From Octopus vulgaris (taxonomy: Eukaryota), in contig OX597825.1 of the NCBI GenBank assembly GCA_951406725.2, forward strand, positions 79,918,001-79,982,000: a DNA stretch of 64,000 nucleotides, in the 5' to 3' direction. Made by a program: the position numbers and the translations under genes. Position 1 is the stretch's first letter; every line of letters starts with the position of its first letter. Below the pieces are notes generated by a model that did no database searches, had not been told where the DNA came from, and saw only the letters and a list, made by a program, of their open reading frames with translations. Shown here in pieces: positions 18,130 to 30,535 of the stretch.

Positions 18130-18500
18130 AAACAATAACTCTGAGCACCTTTTCAAACTCCACCTGTCTAATACCTGTGGACATATTTACAAAGTCAGAA
18201 AACAGCACAGCTCCCATGACTTCAGGAAACATTTTTTCATGCTGAGAGTTGCTGAAGCATGGAACAAACTGCCGGCATCAGTTGTTAGTTGTCGGAACAC
18301 TGCATCCTTCAAAACTTCCATGCTTTCTGAGATTCGCCAACACTACACCTGATTTTCTCCCCTCCATACACACACAAGCAAGTATCTGACTCATACATTG
18401 TTCGCTTTCCAGACATTTTTACATTACTGCATGTACTTTATATGCACTTTCTGACAAGTTGCGGTGCACCTGAGCACTGTATACAATAATTTCATTATTT
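18130..18500 (+). mobile_element. CR1-type LINE 3' end
   Basis: NTCGHIYKVRKQHS...RKHFFMLRVAEAWNKLPASVV matches the CR1 C-terminal TRGH...FFSxRVVxxWNxLP motif. Confidence 0.75.
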
Positions 18501-18767
18501 TATATTATACAAGTGTGACTGAAGTGATGTACTAAAAGTTCAAGTAATCACCTTTGACCATAGGTCTATTTGGAGCTTTATTAGTCTAGCTTAATATTAA
18601 GTATATGTACATTAAAAATGGGGTGGTTAAATCTTAGCAAGAGAGCATTGAATCATACCAAGGGGTATGATGAAGTGTTAATGAAAGAAAAGGGGTTACA
18701 GTTTAATAAAATTTGGGAAGACCTGTTATAAGACATTAACATTCTTTACATATATAGTTCACCATTC

Positions 18768-20415
18768 ATCATCATCATCATCATTGTTTAATGACCACTT
18801 TCTATGCTGGCATGGGTTAGACGATTTGACTGAGGACTTGTGAGCCAGATGGCTACACCCGGCTGCTATCTGATCTGACAGAATTTCAACAGCTGGATGC
18901 CGTTCCTAATGCCAGCCACTCCAAGAGTGTAGTGGGTGCTTTTATGTGCCACCAGCATGAGGGTGAGTCAGGTGGTACTGGCAATGGCCAGGCTCAAATG
19001 GTGTTTATTACGTGTCACATGCACAGGAGCCAGTCCAGCAGCACTGGTTACGACCTCGCTTGAATATTGTTTTGCATTTGCCACCGGCACAAGTACCAGT
19101 AAGGCGATGCTGGTAACGATCACGCTCAAATGCTGCTTTTTACGTGCCACCAGCACGGGAGCCAGTCAGCAGCCCTGACAACGATCATGCTCGGATGGTG
19201 CTCTTAGCGCTCCACTAGCATGGATGCCAGTCATGCGGTGCTGTCATCGAATTTGATTTTGATTTTACTTGCCTCAACAGGTCTTCACAAGCAGAGCTTA
19301 GTGTCCAATGAAGGAAAGGTATGCATAAGTGGGCTGGTTACACTCCTGTCATAGGCCACAGGTTATGGTCTCACTTGGCTTGCTGGTTCTTCTCAAGCAC
19401 AGTATATTTCCAAAGGTCTCAGTCAGTAGTCATTGCCTCGGTGAAACCTAATGTTCAAATGTCATGCTTCACCACCTCATCCTAGGTCTTCCTCAGGTTC
19501 CACAGTTTCCCTCAACTGCTAGGGTGTGGCATTTTTCACACAGCTATCCTCATCCATTCTCACCACATGACCATACCAGTGCAGTCGTCTCTCTTGCATG
19601 CCACATCTGATGCTTCTTAGGTCCAACTTTTCTCTCAAGGCACTTACACTCTGTCTAATATGTACATTGACATTACACATCCATCGGACCATACTGGCTT
19701 CATTCCTTACAAGCTTACGCATGTCCTCAGCAGTCACGTCCCATGTTTCACTGCCGTGAAGCATGACTGTTTGTACACATGCGTCATACAGTCTACCTTT
19801 TACTCTGAGCAAGAGGCCGTTTGTCACCAGCAGAGGTAGGACCTCTCTGAACTTTGCTCAGGCTATTCTTATTCTAGCAGCTACACTTTCAGAGCACCCA
19901 CCACCACTACTGACTTGGTCACCTAGGTAACGGAAGCTATCAACTACTTGTTTTTCTCCCTGGAATGTGGCAGAAGTTGCTCTCTGCACATTTTCAGGGT
20001 TTATTGCTCCTGAGCATCTGCTACATACAAAAACTATCTTCCCAGTTAGCCTTCCTTTGATATTGCTGCACTTCTTATGTATCCATAGCTTACACTGGGT
20101 ACATCTTATAGAGCTTCTACCTATGCCTTTTCTACATATCAAGCAGGGCCTTCTACCTGAAGGGATTTGTGGTTTGTCTGCCTTCCTATTTATTAGGACT
20201 TTGGTTTTAGCTAGGTTGACTCTAAAGCCCTTCGATTCTAATTCTTGCTTTCACACCTGAAACTGCTCCTCTAGTTCTGATAGAAACTCGGCAATTAGAG
20301 CAAGGTCATCAGTACAGAGGAGCCCCCAGGTGCATTCTGTCTTGAGTTCATCTGTTATTGCCTAGAGGACTATGATAAATAGGAGGGGGCTGAGGACTGA
20401 ACCTTGGTGGACACA
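18768..20415 (-). mobile_element. 5'-truncated RTE LINE
   Basis: (CAT)n tail; ORF pieces RVKGRLYDACVQTVMLHGSETW and ICRKG...CTQCKLWIHKKCS (PHD-like insert). Confidence 0.92.
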
Positions 20416-20607
20416 TCCTTTGAGCATTTTCCACATGAAAAGAAGTGTCCTAATCTGTATTGGAAGAGCAGAGAAAGTAAATGGCTTTCAATCATATTCT
20501 AATAATTTCATTTTAAATTCGCTCTTCTTATAAAGCAATTATTGTGTTATGATCATTTATTTTGAAATGTTTTCACTGATGGGCAAATTTTTTCTGTTAC
20601 TTTCTAG

Positions 20608-20813
20608 GGGTACACTGGAACATGTCAGTTATACATAGTAAGACGTATGACAATTACGAATATTCTTTTGAAATAAAGCCTTATGATAAAAACTACTTAA
20701 AGTTTAGAGCAAATTCTAAAACAACAAATGCACCGTTCTTTCTTCCAACGAAAATGAATACAAAGTCAAGACTAGAGTTATCGACAACAGGAAAATTTTG
20801 GCTGGACAAGACT
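20608..20813 (+). CDS. Novel type I membrane protein, exon 4 (module 2, long exon)
   Basis: Acceptor ttttctgttactttctag, donor ACT|GTGAGT; 206 nt, phase 1->0; VHWNMSVIH...GKFWLDKT. Confidence 0.85.
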
Positions 20814-21738
20814 GTGAGTAAACCCTATATTAATTATTGAATTAGTTAGTTATTCAATTAGAAAAGAGTATAACTGCTTGACTCAACTCCAATATACTAC
20901 TTGTTTTCAACGTGACAGACTGGTAGAATCATTTGCTGTTTAGTGGCATTTCATCCATCTTTACATTCAGAATACAAATTCTGTCTTTCATTCTTTCAGT
21001 GTCAGAAATACCATTTAAACACTGGGGTTCAATGTCTCAACTTATCCCCTCCCACAAACTTACTCAACTTGTTCCAAAATTTGAAACCAATTTATTACTT
21101 GTTTTTAGGGTTTCTGGATTTGAGTAAATAAAATAAGTTACATACATGTATGCCCACACATAATTCAGTAAAACGCACTGCTGTGCATTGATGATTATTC
21201 TTTCCTCTTCTAGAAAGCAGATAGTTTGGATGAATGACTTAACATCACTGTTCTGTGTTCACTTCATGCCAGGCCTAAGTTTACCATTTATCCTTTTTGC
21301 TGTTTATTCTGTGTTATGAAAGATGCTACTGGAACTATCTGTTCCCTATCCTACCTACAATGACCCCATCCTTCCTAACAGTCAACATTTTTTCTTTCTT
21401 CTCTTTACCTAACTGTCACTTAGTGTTTTCTCTATTTCTACATTCAGTTCTACATGAATTTATGATTTAGAATAGAATAATATTTTCAAGATGAATATAC
21501 TAAGATGACAAGACCAGGTTCCTTCTCTGCTACCATCATCTGTTGTTCAGCTGCTGAAAACATGGCCTTGTTGACTATTTATAAAGCTATCAATATTTGT
21601 AGAGGTAGAATTGCTGAGTGGATGGATAAGTTAATTATTTCTCATCCGTTTAATTACTGGATCCAGAACAAAATGACACCTGTCTAAACCTATATAATTC
21701 CTGAGACATAATTTTGTTGCTTTTTTCTTTTACTTTAG

Positions 21739-21832
21739 ATCAAATTGAAAAACATGGAAACTTTCAAAATATATTCCTGTATTTATCTTCTTAAACAAAG
21801 TAATCCTTACCATGAGTGTTCATTGAGAAGTG
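21739..21832 (+). CDS. Novel type I membrane protein, exon 5 (module 2, short exon)
   Basis: Acceptor ttttttcttttactttag, donor G|GTAAGT; 94 nt, phase 0->1; IKLKNMETFKIYSCIYLLKQSNPYHECSLRS. Confidence 0.85.
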
Positions 21833-22643
21833 GTAAGTTGAGAGAAGGCATTTCTTATGTCACTTCATTAGAAACTATGAAGTAGTTCTACCTTGCTGCC
21901 TGTGTGGCTTTTACAAGATGTTAATGATAAAAAAAGAGATTATTCTCTCCAAGAGATTATTCTTATTGTAACACGCAATTATGATTTGATTTATGAGGTA
22001 TTCCTGCTGTTATTTTTTGACAGTTTCACTATTTCTTGATTCACATACATAATGTACATACAACAAATTCTATATTAAAAATGTTTAGTCCCATTAGTAA
22101 ACATTGTTGATGATAATTCTTTCTTTTATTACTTATTCAACTCATTAAACATAATACAAGTACAAATGTTACAACTACCATTCCCTTATTTCTTAACCCT
22201 TTTGATACCAACCAGCCTAAAACAAACCCTAGTTCTATGATATAAATTCCTTGTCTTAAAGTGTTCTTAATGGCAACCTTTCATTAAAATTCCATGTTAA
22301 TTTATTTTCCAAACATCAGCTTAATAACGACAAAGGTACTTATTAAATTTTTCATTGTTCTCAAAATTAAACGAAACCAAACATATTTCAACAGAATTAT
22401 GGTACCACAGAAATATGGTAAAACATATTTAAGCAGAAATATAACAATATTTGGTAACAGAGAAATATGGCAAAACATATTTCAACAGAAACATGAAGAC
22501 ACAGTCGTTTTCTGCTGACGAATAACTCAAATCTCTAAATGTCAAATAAGTCATTTTTCTTGCAGCACATTTCTTTTGTTAATGTATCACAGCTACTATT
22601 TAATTTTTTCAATGCTCTTTTCATTTTCTCCTTTCTTCTTTAG

Positions 22644-22876
22644 ATCTTGAGTGGAAAATAGAACTAAGCTCTCTATCCAAACTAATTCAAAATATAGAAG
22701 AAATAAAAATATCTGTTGGAGTGACTGGCAGTGGAACAAATTCTTCACAAAGTCTAACATTCAAAAAGTTAGCTTATCTCCCGACATTCTCTGCTTTTAC
22801 TAATATAGGAAAAATAGGCATTGGTGAGGCTGAAATATACTTTAAAGACAGTAACAATTCTTTTGACATATCCAAA
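22644..22876 (+). CDS. Novel type I membrane protein, exon 6 (module 3, long exon)
   Basis: Acceptor ttctcctttcttctttag, donor AAA|GTAAGA; 233 nt, phase 1->0; LEWKIEL...TNIGKIGIGEAEIYF...FDISK. Confidence 0.85.
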
Positions 22877-23700
22877 GTAAGAATTTTCTCCTTGATTTCT
22901 ATGTTTGCTTTTTATTTTAAGAAAACAGTAGCAAATATTTTGACATATTCAAAGAATTTTTACCTTTTTGAATTCTGTTTCCTAATAACAATTTATTTAT
23001 TATCATTGTTAAAGTCCTGATCAGTCTTGATTCAGTGGACCCAGACTCAAATACATTCCAACTATGACCACCATGCTAGTTTCTCAGATGCATGCACTCA
23101 AGAACTTTTCTAAGACAGTACAATGTGATTTAAAGGAGATTTGATATTTGTTTTGACAAAGTCAACCAATCACAAAGAGGCTGCCCTCATTAACTGGAGT
23201 AATTATTTTGTGTGGGTATCAGTGTGTATGTGTTTGAGGTGTGTTTGTGTTTGTTTGTGAGTGTGTATGAAAATATATTACAATCCTCCTCGTCCTCCTC
23301 CGCCCTCCCCTCCTCCTCTTCCTCCTCCCCATCCCAACACCACGATAACCATCGCCATTGTTGTTGTCGTCATCATCATCAGCATCATCGTCATTTTATC
23401 TCCTCTTTCGAGGCTGGAATGGGTTGGATGGGTATATCACAATCTAAGAAGGTTATTATTCACAGTTAGTGTCCTCACTGTGCATGCATGTAAATGTGTG
23501 TGTACATGTGTCTAAATGTGTATATGTTACAGGATGTGTATGCATGTGCATATCTCACACAAATAAAATGAGTGGACCAGACACATAGAGATAAAAACTG
23601 CCCTTCTATCAATCTATCAAAAACTGCCCTTTTATCAATTTGTGTTAATTTAAATATACAATAAAACTAATCAGCTTAAAATTGTCTCATAATTTTTCAG

Positions 23701-23794
23701 ATTGTCATGACAAGAATACCTACAGGAGAAAAATATGGTTGTGTTAACATACATAAGACAATCCCAGCTAAATATTCGTGTAAACTACTGAAAA
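23701..23794 (+). CDS. Novel type I membrane protein, exon 7 (module 3, short exon)
   Basis: Acceptor aatttttcag, donor A|GTAAGA; 94 nt like exon 5, phase 0->1; IVMTRIPTGEKYGCVNIHKTIPAKYSCKLLK with the same Cys spacing as exon 5. Confidence 0.85.
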
Positions 23795-23849
23795 GTAAGA
23801 TTTCATTCAACTACTAAATGAAACATATGTGGTCCTTGTAATTGGTGCA

Positions 23850-24900
23850 GCTATTACAAGGGAGTTGACCATTTTGTAATAATTCAAAGCAGTATCTGAA
23901 ATTTGAAAATAAGGAAACTTAAGGAAAAAGATGCATAGAATTCAAATATTTAATTTTTTTATGAATGCCTGTTCTCAAAATGATGACCATTCTGCCCCAG
24001 GCACTGCTGATAACTTGGAGCTATGAAGTTGCAACGTATCAAAAATACATTTCATTTGGTATTTCTGTACAATTTTGTTCAATGTCTAGTCTCAGGTTAT
24101 CAACAGCTGCTAATTTTGTATTGTAGACATTATCTTTTAAGTATCCCCTTAAGAAAATGTCAAGTGGAGTAGGGTCTGGTGAATGTAGAAGATATTCTAC
24201 AGAACCTCCTCTTCCAATCCACCTGTTTGACAGAATGTCATCCCAGTAGGCTCTTATATAACTATGGAAGTGTTGAAGTGACTCATTTTGATGAAAATAA
24301 AGCATCTTCAAAGTCCACTTGAGTGCTTAGCATGATATATTGCCACACCAAGTTCAAGTAAATGGGATGAGTCACAGTATGATCAAAAACGAATGGTCCA
24401 ATTAACCCTTTTCATGATAAATTGCACCATACTTCACTTTCAAGTAAGTTAAGATGATATTTTTCTATAATATATGTAGGAGCAATTATGGTTGTTAATT
24501 AGGCCATTTAATTGAAATGTAGCCTCATCACTCTAAACAATCTTTGTTGGAAATGTGCAGCTCATACACATCTTACAAAGCACTGCTCATAAAACTCCAC
24601 TCTTTGCTCTGGGTCATCTTCATTGAGAACATGGACTATTCTTGGAATGTAACATTTCCACTGACAGCACTTGAAAATGTGATGAACACTTGATTTTGAA
24701 ACAAACGTCTCATGACTTGCTTGCCAGAGATTTTCTTATATTCTGGCAATATGTTTCTAGTGCACTTTCTTGCTTTGTGTGACTCAGTAATGTCTATAGT
24801 CTTCTGGAATATTTCTTGTGGACATTCTGAACAGACCCATTGGCTTCAAAACTCATCTTTAATGGTAGTAAGTCATGTAGTGAACCCTTTTTAAAACACG
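23850..24900 (-). mobile_element. Tc1/mariner-superfamily (DD41D-like) transposase relic
   Basis: RWIGRGG....HSPDPTPLDIFLRGYLKDNVY resembles WPPRSPDLTPLDFFLWGYLK. Confidence 0.75.
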
Positions 24901-25052
24901 CTCCCAAACTTCCAGTATTATCGTGGAAGAAATTAATTTTTGTTCAAAGCTTAGTCTGGGCTCACACAATATTTAATGGGTTAAATTTGAAATGAAAATT
25001 GTGTTAAATTGAGAATAGACTTTTAGGAAGTCCCTGTATATATATACATAAA

Positions 25053-27930
25053 CGTGTGTGTGTGCGTTAGTAGGTGCGTGAGTGGGTGCGTGAGTGCCTG
25101 CGTGAGTGGGTGCGTGAGTGCCTGCATGAGTGTGTGTCTTAGTGCGTGTGTGTGAGCGCGAGTGCGTGCGGGAGTGCGTGAGTTCGTGCGTGTGTGAGTG
25201 CGTGCGTCCGTGCGTAAGTGAATGCATGCGTGCGTGAGTGTGTGCGCGCGTGAGTGAGAGCGTGCGTGAGTGAGTGCGTGCGTGAGTGAGTGCGTGTGTT
25301 CGAGCGTGAGTGCGTGCGTGAGTGCATGCGTGCGTGTGTGAGTGCTTGCGTGCGTGAGTGCGTGAGTACGTGCGTGCGAGAGTGAGTGCGTGAGTGCGTG
25401 CGAGCGTGTGTGAGTGTTTGCGTGCGTGAGTACGTACTTGCCTGAGTGTGTGAGATCGTGCGTGAGTGCGTGCGTGAATGCGTGCGTGCGTGAGTGCGCG
25501 CTTGAGTGAGTGCGTGTGTGTGCGAGTGCGTGCGTGAGTGCATGGATGCGTGAGTGCATGGATGCGTGAGTGCATGCGTGCGTGTGTGAGTGCTTGCGTG
25601 CGTGAGTGAGTGCGTGCGTGCGAGAGTGAGTGCGTGAGTGCGTGCGTGAGTACATGGATGCGTGAGTACATGGATGCGTGAGTGCATGCGTGCGTGTGTG
25701 ACTGCTTGCGTGCGTGAGTACGTGTTTGCCTGAGTATGTGCGTGAATATGTGAGAGCGTGCGTGAGTGCCTGCGTGAGTGCGTGCGTTAGTGTCTGCGTG
25801 AGTGTCTGAGTGCGAGAGTGCGTGTCTGAGTGCCTGCGTGAGTGCGTGCGTGTGTGCGTGCGTGAATATATGCGTAAGTGAGTGCGTGCGTGAGTGCTTG
25901 CGTGCGCAAGTGCGTTTGTGTGTGCGTGAGTGCCTGTGTGAGGGCGTGCTTGAGTGCCTGCGTGAGTGCCTGCTTGAATGCGTTCGTGTGTACGTGCGTG
26001 AGTTCGTGTCAGCGTGCGTGCGGGAGTGCGTCCGTGCGTGTGTGAGTGCGTGAATGAGTGCGTGCGTGAGTGAGTTCGTGTCTGAGTGCGTGAGTGCGTA
26101 AGTGCATGTGTGCGGGAATGCGTGCATGAGTGCGTGCGTGAGTTCGTGTCTGAGTGTCTGCGTGCATGAGTGTATGCGTGCATGAGTTAGTGAGTGCGCG
26201 CGTGAGTGCTTGAATCCGTGCGTGAATCCGTGCGTGAATGCGTGCGTGCGTGAGTGCGTGTGCAAGTGATTGAGTGCGTTCGAAAGTGCGTGCGATCGAG
26301 AGTGCGTCCGTGCGCGTGTGCGAGTACGAGAGTGCCGTCGTGCGTGAGTGTGTGAGTGCGTGCGTGCGTGAATGTATGCGTGTGTGCGTGCGTGAGTTCG
26401 TGTGTGAGTCCGTGCGTGAGTGCAGGCGTGAGTGCAGGCGTGCGTGCGTGAATGTTTGCGTAATTGCGTGAGTGGGTGAATGCGTGCGTGCGTGAGTACA
26501 TGGATGGTAGAGTGCGTTCGTGCTTGAGTGTATGCGTGCGTGCATGCGTGAGTGCGTGCGTGGGTGCATGAGTGCATGAATGCGTGAGTGTATGCGTGCA
26601 TGAGTACGTGCTTGCCTGAGTGCGTACTTGAGTGTGTGAGAGCGTGCGTAGGTGCCCGCGTGAGTGCGTGAGTGAGTTCGTGCATGAGTCCATGCGTGAG
26701 TGAGTTCGTGCTTGTGTGTCTGCGTGAGTGCCTGCGTGCGAGAGTGCGTGCTTGAGTGCCTGCGTGAGTGAGTTCGTGCGTGAGTGCGTGCGAGTGTGCA
26801 TGCGTGTGTTCGTGCGTGAATGCTTGCGTACGTGTGTGAGTGCGTGCATTCATGCACGGATGCGTGGTGTGCGTGAATGTTTGCGTGATTGCGTGCGTGG
26901 GTGTATGCGTGCGAAAATGCGTGCGTGAATGCGTGCGGTCGAGCGTGCGTGTGTGAGTGCATGATGCGTGCGTGCGTGCATGCGTGAGTGTGTGCGTGCG
27001 TGTGTGTCTGAATGCGTGTGTGTGCGTGTGTGCTTGCGTGAATACATACGTGAGTGAGTGCGTGCGGGAGTGCGTGAATGCGTGCGTAAGTGAGTGCGTG
27101 TGTTAGTTCGTGTCATGGTGCGTGAGTGCGTGCGAGCGCCCGTGCGTGCATGTGTTCGTGTCAGAGTGCGTGCGTGCGTGATTGCGTGAGTTCGTGTCAG
27201 AGTGCGTGCGTGTGTCAGTGCATGAATGCGTGCGTGAGTGCGTGCGTGCGTGGATGCATGCGTGCGTGCGTAAGTACGTGCTTACCTGAATGCATGCGTG
27301 AGTGCGTGCGTGAGTGAGTTCGTGCATATGTGCATGCGTGTGTGCGTGAGTGTTTACGTGAGTGCGTACGTGAGTGTTTGCTTGCGTGCATGAGTGTTTG
27401 CTTGCGTGCGTGAATGAGTTCGTGCGTGAGTGCATGCGCAGGTGCGTGCGTGAGTGCATGTGTACGTGAGTGCGTCAGTGCTTACGAACGTGAGTACGTG
27501 CTTGCCTGAGTGCGTGCGTGAGAGTGTGAGAGCGTGAGTGCGTGAGCGAATTCGCGCGTGAGTCCATGAGTGAGTGAGTTCGTGTGTGAGAGCGTGCGTA
27601 AGTGCCTGCTTAAATTCCTGCGTGAGTGTGTGCTTGCGTGAATACGTGCGTGAGAGAGTGCGTGAATGCGTGCGTAAGTGAGTGAGTGCGTTAGTTCGTG
27701 TCATGGTGCGAGCGTGCGTGAGTTCGTGTCAGAATGCGTGCGTGCGTGAGTGCGTTTGTGTCTGAGTGCGTGCATTAGCGCATGCGGGCGTAAGTGCATG
27801 CCTGCAGGAATGCGTGAGTGCGTGAGTGAGTTCGTGTCTGAGTGCCTGCGTGCGTGACTGCGTGCGTGCGTGCTTGCATGACTGCGTGCATGATTGCGTG
27901 ACTGCGTGCATGATTGCGTGCGTGTGTGAA
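25053..27930. repeat. 2.9-kb degenerate (GCGT/GAGT/GT)n satellite-like array
   Basis: Shuffled tetramers GCGT, GAGT, GCAT and GAAT; CpG-rich; produces low-complexity H/T/A/R ORFs. Confidence 0.95.
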
Positions 27931-27932
27931 TG

Positions 27933-28287
27933 AGTTGCCTGAAATTGTTTGTCAATTATTCCAGCAAGGCTTTTATTTCATAATAAATTTTCTTCCTTTA
28001 TTTGTTCATAGATGTTACATGGTAGAATCTGAGCATTTGTAAAATGGAAAAATCTTTAAATTGGGTGGTTCCATTTCAGTATAAGTTACTATGTGTTCCT
28101 GTTTCTTTCTTTCTTTTTTTCTCCCCTTATTTCTTGCTTGTGCATCATCAATTGTCCACAAAGTGATAATCCCATCTGTCTGATGCAGTTTCTACAGTTT
28201 GTTATGGCATAAATTGAGTTTTAGAAGTTGCAAGAGAAACTTTATTTTACTTTGAAGACATGTCTGTGCTTAAATTTGAATCCCAAG
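27933..28287 (-). repeat. Inverted duplicate of 9822-10176 (Penelope GIY-YIG fragment)
   Basis: 355-bp reverse complement of 9822-10176 with only a few substitutions. Confidence 0.92.
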
Positions 28288-28397
28288 TTCTGTGTGTGTG
28301 TGTGTGTATGTATGTGTGTGTTTGTGTGTATGTGTGTGTGTGTACACACACACAAGCACGCGCACTAAAAGACTTATTTTCTAAATTTATATTTCAG

Positions 28398-28627
28398 GCA
28401 AAAATTGGCTGTTGAAAGTTATTTCTCCAGAAGAACATGAAAGAAATTTCGATGTGGAAATAATTCAAGACACTCTATCTTCTTCTTTCACTAGAAATTT
28501 ACAATGGAAATATGTTTATCCTTATGGAAATACTTATATAAAATATTTTAATCTGAAGACATATGAGAAAAATGAAATCATGAAATTAAAATTCCACTTT
28601 TTGGATAAATTTCTGAGAATCAATGAA
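28398..28627 (+). CDS. Novel type I membrane protein, exon 8 (module 4, long exon)
   Basis: Acceptor atttatatttcag, weaker donor GAA|GTAAAA; 230 nt, phase 1->0; KNWLLKVIS...FLDKFLRINE. Confidence 0.75.
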
Positions 28628-28731
28628 GTAAAAATATTTTCTTTACATATTTTAAAATATTTAAATATTATAGGCAAGCACATTGCATGTTTTATGAAAG
28701 TGAATTTGATGTTTCAAATCTATAATTTCAG

Positions 28732-28831
28732 ATAAGTGTGATCAGCAATTACTCGGAGTATCAATTTAAAACAAATGTAGAAAGAAAATTTCAGAATTAC
28801 TTGGTGACAGAATTTTCTCGAATAACAAAAG
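28732..28831 (+). CDS. Novel type I membrane protein, exon 9 (module 4, short exon)
   Basis: Acceptor tataatttcag, donor AAG|GTATAT; 100 nt, phase 0->1; ISVISNYSEYQFKTNVERKFQNYLVTEFSRITK. Confidence 0.75.
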
Positions 28832-28920
28832 GTATATGGTTGTCTGAAATTGTCATACTTAAATATTGTTTATTTTAAATGCCAGTTATCAGCATCAGTA
28901 TAGATGGACACACACATACA

Positions 28921-29066
28921 TTCATCATCATCATCGTTTAACATCCACTTTCCATGCTAGCATGGGTTGGACGATTTGACTGAGGTCTGGCAAGCCAGAT
29001 GGCTGCAGTAGGTTCCAATCTTGATCTGGCAGAGTTTCTACAGTTGGATGCCCTTCCTAATGCCAA
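28921..29066 (-). mobile_element. Short RTE 3' end flanked by a ~100-bp direct duplication
   Basis: catcatcatcgtttaacatcc...; flanking 28829-28928 is repeated at 29065-29164. Confidence 0.85.
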
Positions 29067-30535
29067 GGTATATGGTTGCCTGAAATTGTCATGCTTAAAT
29101 ATTGTTTATTTTAAATGACAGTTATCAGCATCAGTATAAATGGGGACACACATACATTCATCATATATATAAACACACATGCACACATATTTTCATCACA
29201 TATACACATATACACTTGTTGGGTAGATCATGCACGGAAAAGCCAACTCAGTAGAATCTTCTGGAGGAAATCCAGTCAGGAAATGATTTTGTCAGTGTCC
29301 AGGTTGTCATTTTAATACCATTGATGAGATCCAGAGTGAATCGCAGAAGGTCCTTGACCCACTTATGGAAAACTACCAGGCCAGATTCCAAAATTGGCAG
29401 GAACACTGGGATAAGTGACTTGCAGCACAAGGTGACCACTTCAAAGGTGATGATGTTAAAACTTAGATAAATAAGTTATTTTTTGTTAAACATAACTAGT
29501 CCTGGAACTTTTTGATACCATCTCATACATACATTTATACATACATACATACATACATACATGCATGCAAGCATGCATGCATGCATACATACATACATAC
29601 ATACATACATACATACATAATATATACATACATTCATACATATGTACATACAAACACAAGTACTTATGTTTGTAAATACATATATATATATATATACATT
29701 TGTGTGTAAATATATACGTGTACGTACACACACACACACACACACACATGTATGTTTGTGACTAGAAAAGCATCTAGTCAAAGAAAATCTGCCATAATAA
29801 ATTCCATCTGTTCCATGCAAGTATGGAAAAATAGACATCAAAATAATGTGAACTTTTGAGAAAACAGGTTGTATTTTGCATGCTCAAGATTGCCCTGAAA
29901 ATGGAAACCGAAAGCAAACATTATCAACACCTTATGCTGTTTTATTTCTTAAAGGGCAAGACAAGAAAGCAACAGAAACCCACAGAAAGATATGTTCTAT
30001 TGGGCGAGGTTAGCCCAATTCATCTGATGTGGAGCCCAAACATTGAGACCACTAATGTAACCAAGTCAATGCAGATGGTTTTGGCACTCGACTTATGTAT
30101 TTGGAGAATATCTGTAACCATCCTGATCATGTAATGGGGTTGGAGTCAACTAACTCCTTCATTTTTGTCACTGTTAATTTCATTTGGCTGGCCAGAAAAA
30201 AAATGAAAAATTTCCTGGAAACTGCTTTTAAAATACATGTTCTGGATTAACAGAAGAACTTGTGTGCCAGTGCATATCTTCCTATTGGTTTCTTTTGTTG
30301 CGTTCTTTTCTCGCCTGTTTTGAAATAAAACAGCATGAAGCGTTGATAATATTTGTTTGGGTCTCCATTTACAGGATGATTTCAAGCATACAAAATACAA
30401 CCTGTCTTGTTGTAATTTCACATTGAACATAGGACAGACTGAAGTTAGCTACTTATTGGCATGCATGAAGTTTAGTTTCAATGAAAACAGAATAGACTTT
30501 TTGGCCAACTCAGTATATATATATATGCGTGTGTA

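Noticed and set aside
24973-27955. Long H/T/A/R-rich ORFs up to 626 aa
   Set aside because: These are translations of a stop-poor tetramer satellite, open in several frames.
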